From Squalus acanthias (Eukaryota): a stretch of 64,000 nucleotides of DNA. This document shows positions 63,189-64,000 of this stretch, piece by piece. The DNA lies in NCBI GenBank assembly GCA_030390025.1, contig CM059432.1:17114001-17178000 (forward strand). Direction: 5' to 3'. A program made the position numbers and the translations under genes. How positions within the stretch are numbered: position 1 is the stretch's first letter; each line of letters starts with the position of its first letter. Under the pieces are notes generated by a model. It was not told where the DNA came from and made no database searches. It was given only the letters and a program-made list of their open reading frames with translations.

Positions 63189-63636
63189 GGGCAACACGGT
63201 GGCATAGTGGTTAGCACTGGTGCCTCACAGCGCCAGGGACCCGGGTTCGAATCTGGCCTCGGGTGACTGTCTGTGTGGAGTTTGCACATTCTCCCCGTGT
63301 CTGCGTGGGTTTCCTCCGGGTGCTCCGGTTTCCTCCCACAGTCTAAAAATGTGCGGGTTAGGTTGATTTGGCTATGATAAATTGACCCGTAGTGTTAGGG
63401 GGGGATTAAATATGTGGGGTTACGGGGATAGGATGGGATATGTTAGGGGGAACTAAATACGTGGGGTTACGGGGATAGGGTGGGATATGTGTCGGTGCAG
63501 GCTCGATGGGGATTCTGTGTGAGAAAGCAGGGACAGGGTACTGGATTTGGATGATCAGTCATGATCGTATTGAATGGTGGAGCAGGCTCGACGGGCCGAA
63601 TGGCCTACTCCTGCTCCTAGTTTCTATGTTTCTATG
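63189..63636 (+). mobile_element. HE1-type V-SINE (tRNA head, V domain, CR1-like tail)
   Basis: A-box TGGCATAGTGG, B-box GGTTCGAATC; V domain GTGTGGAGTTTGCA..TTCTCCCCGTGTCTGCGTGGGTTTCCTCCGGGTGCTCCGGTTTCCTCCCACA; (TTTCTATG)2 tail. Confidence 0.9.
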
Positions 63637-63704
63637 TCACCGCTGAAGTGTTTCATTGAACAATGTCTCTTTTTTATTGTCATTTTTTTCCTCTCAATTG
63701 TTAG

Positions 63705-63872
63705 GACCTTGAAAACATATCAGTGATGTTTTTCCCACTTCGAATCCCTGCTCTAAAAATTAAAACCACTCTGAAGGAGCCATTTGTAGGAAACCTGAAG
63801 AATGAACGTGACCTTTGGCAACTAATTGTGAAGGAAATGTGGGCTGGGAAAACAATGGCAGATAAGCACAAG
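63705..63872 (+). CDS. DENND3: DENND3 exon (window exon 12), DLENISVMFFPLRIPALKIK...DLWQLIVKEMWAGKTMADKHK (PH-like region)
   Basis: TAG acceptor, GTTTG donor, 168 nt; DLWxLxVKEMWAGK motif. Confidence 0.96.
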
Positions 63873-64000
63873 GTTTGATAGTCTTTTTGAAATGCTTGGT
63901 ATTTTAAATTTGTTTTATGACACTTACATAATCCAAATCCCTAATTGACTCCAATGGATATACCAACTATCCTCATTTGGCAAGAATCTCATGCGAAGTT

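Noticed and set aside
1..64000. CRISPR arrays, operons, real tRNA/rRNA genes or a second nested protein-coding gene
   Set aside because: No regular repeat-spacer array was seen, tRNA-like segments are SINE or LINE heads, and the longer non-DENND3 ORFs are transposon-derived or antisense shadows.

Overview
This is eukaryotic vertebrate DNA, most likely a shark or other elasmobranch, judged from an HE1/V-SINE, DeuSINE copies and the CR1/L2/RTE repertoire. The window lies inside one + strand gene, DENND3 (Rab12 GEF). I resolved 12 consecutive internal coding exons with canonical AG/GT boundaries and a continuous reading frame (3754-63872, about 735 codons). They cover the DENN module, the linker and the start of the PH-like region; the start and stop codons lie outside the window. 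The introns are mostly transposon-derived: CR1, L2, RTE and a tRNA-headed LINE, SINEs, Harbinger/hAT/Tc1-type MITEs, a solo LTR and Penelope-like fragments, several of them nested. The most unusual item is a very young Penelope-type insertion forming a perfect 170-bp-arm palindrome with a minimal hammerhead-ribozyme motif in each arm. A second hammerhead motif, a GYNGYN tandem splice donor and an antisense solo LTR are also notable. I found no prokaryotic-type system and no evidence of a wholly new gene system. Family assignments come from recalled consensus motifs, not database searches, and the boundaries of old repeats are approximate.
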